Source of the DNA: Thermoanaerobacterales bacterium
GTDB taxonomy: Bacteria > Bacillota > Thermosediminibacteria > Thermosediminibacterales > Tepidanaerobacteraceae
Length of the DNA stretch: 64,000 nucleotides
Direction of reading: 5' to 3'
Assembly: GCA_012840135.1 (NCBI GenBank)
Contig: DUMA01000018.1
Location: 119,150 to 183,149 of the forward strand
Shown: in pieces, positions 62,445 through 64,000 of the stretch
How the letters are laid out: every line of letters begins with the position of its first letter
Numbering within the stretch: the first letter of the stretch is position 1
Notes under the pieces: model-generated
Database searches by the model: none
Told to the model about the DNA's origin: nothing
Seen by the model: only the letters and a program-made list of their open reading frames with translations
Program-made: the position numbers and the translations under genes

Positions 62445-63764
62445 ATGCGGGTGACCGGAAGTATGGAATATAAAGCGGGGGAAACGGGATGGAAGGGGCT
62501 TTTGTGGGATGGGGAGCGGGATTTTAAGTCAAAGGCGCGGCGCTTTAAGTCAAAGGTGCGAGATTTGTTCAAGTTTATTGGTCCCGCCTTTGTGGTGAGC
62601 GTGGCTTACATAGACCCGGGCAATTTTGCCACCAACATAAGCGGAGGCTCCTATTTTAATTACAGCCTGATATGGGTGATACTGTGGAGCAATTTTATGG
62701 CCATTTTTTTGCAGACGATGTCCGCCAAGCTGGGGATAGCCACAGGTTATAACCTGCCGCAGACGTGTGCCAGGACTTTTTCGAGAAATGTCAACCGTTT
62801 TTTGTGGGCTGTAGCCGTCATTGCGGCTATGGCTACGACTCTGGCAGAGTTTCTGGGAGGTGCCCTTGGACTGTACCTGCTGCTGGGCATACCTCTTATA
62901 TACGCCGGTATAATAACAGGAATCATTGCCTTTTTGATAACTTACATAGAAAAATACGGCCAGCGGTTGGTGGAGGTGGTCATAACATTTCTGGTGGCGG
63001 TGATATGCGCCGCCTATGGCATAGAGATGTTTCTGGCAGAGCCCGATTGGCGGAAAGTGGTCCTTCACACTATAGTTCCGTCGCTTCCCGGTGGATATGC
63101 GGTATTGATTGCGGTCGGCATGCTGGGGGCTACGGTGATGCCTCATGTGATTTACCTTCACTCCCAGCTGGTGCAGTGCCGCAATACTTCGGAAAGCATC
63201 AAGCACAAGCTCAACCACTTTCACATGGAAAAGGTAGATATAGCCATAGCCATGAACATAGCCTTTTTGGTAAATGCCGCCATGGTGGTGGTATCCGCCG
63301 CAGTGTTTTATTCAAGGGGAATACCGGTGGATTCCATAGAACAGGCCCATCAGTCCCTGTCACCACTGCTGGGCCGCCTTTCCAGCACGGCCTTTGGCAT
63401 AGCGTTGCTGGCATCGGGGCTGTCTTCCTCAGCCGTGGGCACTATGGCGGGGGAGACGGTGATAGACGGCTTCGTGGGCATAAAGATTCCGCTGAACGCC
63501 AGGCGCCTTGTCATCATGGCTCCGGCCATGGTGGTCATCGCAGCGGGGATAAATCCCATGAAGGCATTAATTTTAAGCCAGGTTACCCTGAGCTTTGCCC
63601 TGCCCGCAGCTGTCATACCCCTCATGCTCATAACCTCCAGAAAAGACATCATGGGGACGATGGTGAACAGCCCGCTGGAAAACATGGTGGGGTGGCTTAT
63701 GGCGGCTGCAATAATAACTTTAAACGTTGTACTTTTGATTTTCACTTTGACGAGAAACCTGTGA
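62445..63764 (+). CDS. mntH: Nramp-family divalent metal (Mn2+) transporter
   Basis: ..GPAFVVSVAYIDPGNFATNISGG.. is the DPGN motif, followed by ..ATVMPHVIYLHS.. The start is uncertain: ATG 62445 follows GAGGA, and ATG 62463 or the listed 62358 are alternatives. Confidence 0.85.
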   Translation: MRVTGSMEYKAGETGWKGLLWDGERDFKSKARRFKSKVRDLFKFIGPAFVVSVAYIDPGNFATNISGGSYFNYSLIWVILWSNFMAIFLQTMSAKLGIATGYNLPQTCARTFSRNVNRFLWAVAVIAAMATTLAEFLGGALGLYLLLGIPLIYAGIITGIIAFLITYIEKYGQRLVEVVITFLVAVICAAYGIEMFLAEPDWRKVVLHTIVPSLPGGYAVLIAVGMLGATVMPHVIYLHSQLVQCRNTSESIKHKLNHFHMEKVDIAIAMNIAFLVNAAMVVVSAAVFYSRGIPVDSIEQAHQSLSPLLGRLSSTAFGIALLASGLSSSAVGTMAGETVIDGFVGIKIPLNARRLVIMAPAMVVIAAGINPMKALILSQVTLSFALPAAVIPLMLITSRKDIMGTMVNSPLENMVGWLMAAAIITLNVVLLIFTLTRNL

Positions 63765-64000
63765 CCTGGTTTCGCACAGCCGTCGGCAGCTCTGCTGCCG
63801 CAAACGGCGTGAGAGCGTGTCCGTAGCGGAATAATACATGCGGGCTTTGTCTACAAACTGCCGTAGGAAACCTGCGCGTTTTTTTCATGATACCATTTTT
63901 ATGCAGGAAAACTTATCTTTTTTGGAGGAAATCCTTTGTCACTGTAGAATAATTAAATATATGATTCAAATGACCGTCACGAACCACAAAAGCTGATTTT

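Overview
The window is an AT-rich, Firmicutes/Clostridia-style chromosomal segment, judged from GGAGG ribosome-binding sites, an SLH-domain remnant and Cheo-type LexA boxes. No finer taxon can be assigned from sequence alone.

1. Positions 1-21,900 are accessory DNA.
- A 16-kb very AT-rich island is framed by two copies, one decayed, of the same DUF1848-3'/Rpn-like-5' segment.
- The island holds an intact HD-phosphohydrolase + YwgA/Panacea-like gene pair and a decayed second copy of that pair.
- The small gene of the decayed pair is split by a ~9.07-kb, much more G+C-rich integrative element. That element carries a large serine recombinase, an excisionase-like HTH gene, a Toprim/P-loop primase-helicase, an iteron field and a 0.75-kb ORF-free structured region.
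- Next comes a large reverse transcriptase fused to a methyltransferase-like N-terminal domain and a HEAT-repeat C-terminal domain, followed 24 nt later by a radical-SAM-like DUF1848 gene.

2. Positions 18,600-32,960 and 60,700-61,700 are a recombination mosaic.
- Seven loci are related to PD-(D/E)XK Rpn-family 'putative transposase' genes: three intact and four remnants or pseudogenes.
- These loci are interleaved with remnants of polysaccharide, surface and other genes (DegT, GalU, GalE-3', TPR, VanZ, DUF438, PIN).
- The same region holds vapBC, galE and a truncated giant surface protein.

3. Positions 33,100-60,550 are ordinary but partly uncharacterised metabolism.
- A complete yhfZSXWYUT-php-type cluster plus an amidase-like gene.
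- A ParM-like + bactofilin pair.
- A LevR-type activator with a sigma-54 promoter driving a mannose-family PTS + SgcQ operon.
- A GntR/AtuA/DUF4387/permease cluster and a LacI/TRAP/cupin/isomerase cluster.

4. The window ends with mntR-mntH.

Most notable observations:
- the MTase-RT-HEAT + DUF1848 pair;
- the serine-recombinase element, whose insertion site can be reconstructed to the base;
- the candidate structured RNA inside that element;
- six LexA-box-like sites, placed in front of the HD genes, the Rpn genes and the element's excisionase-like gene.

No rRNA, tRNA or CRISPR array was seen.
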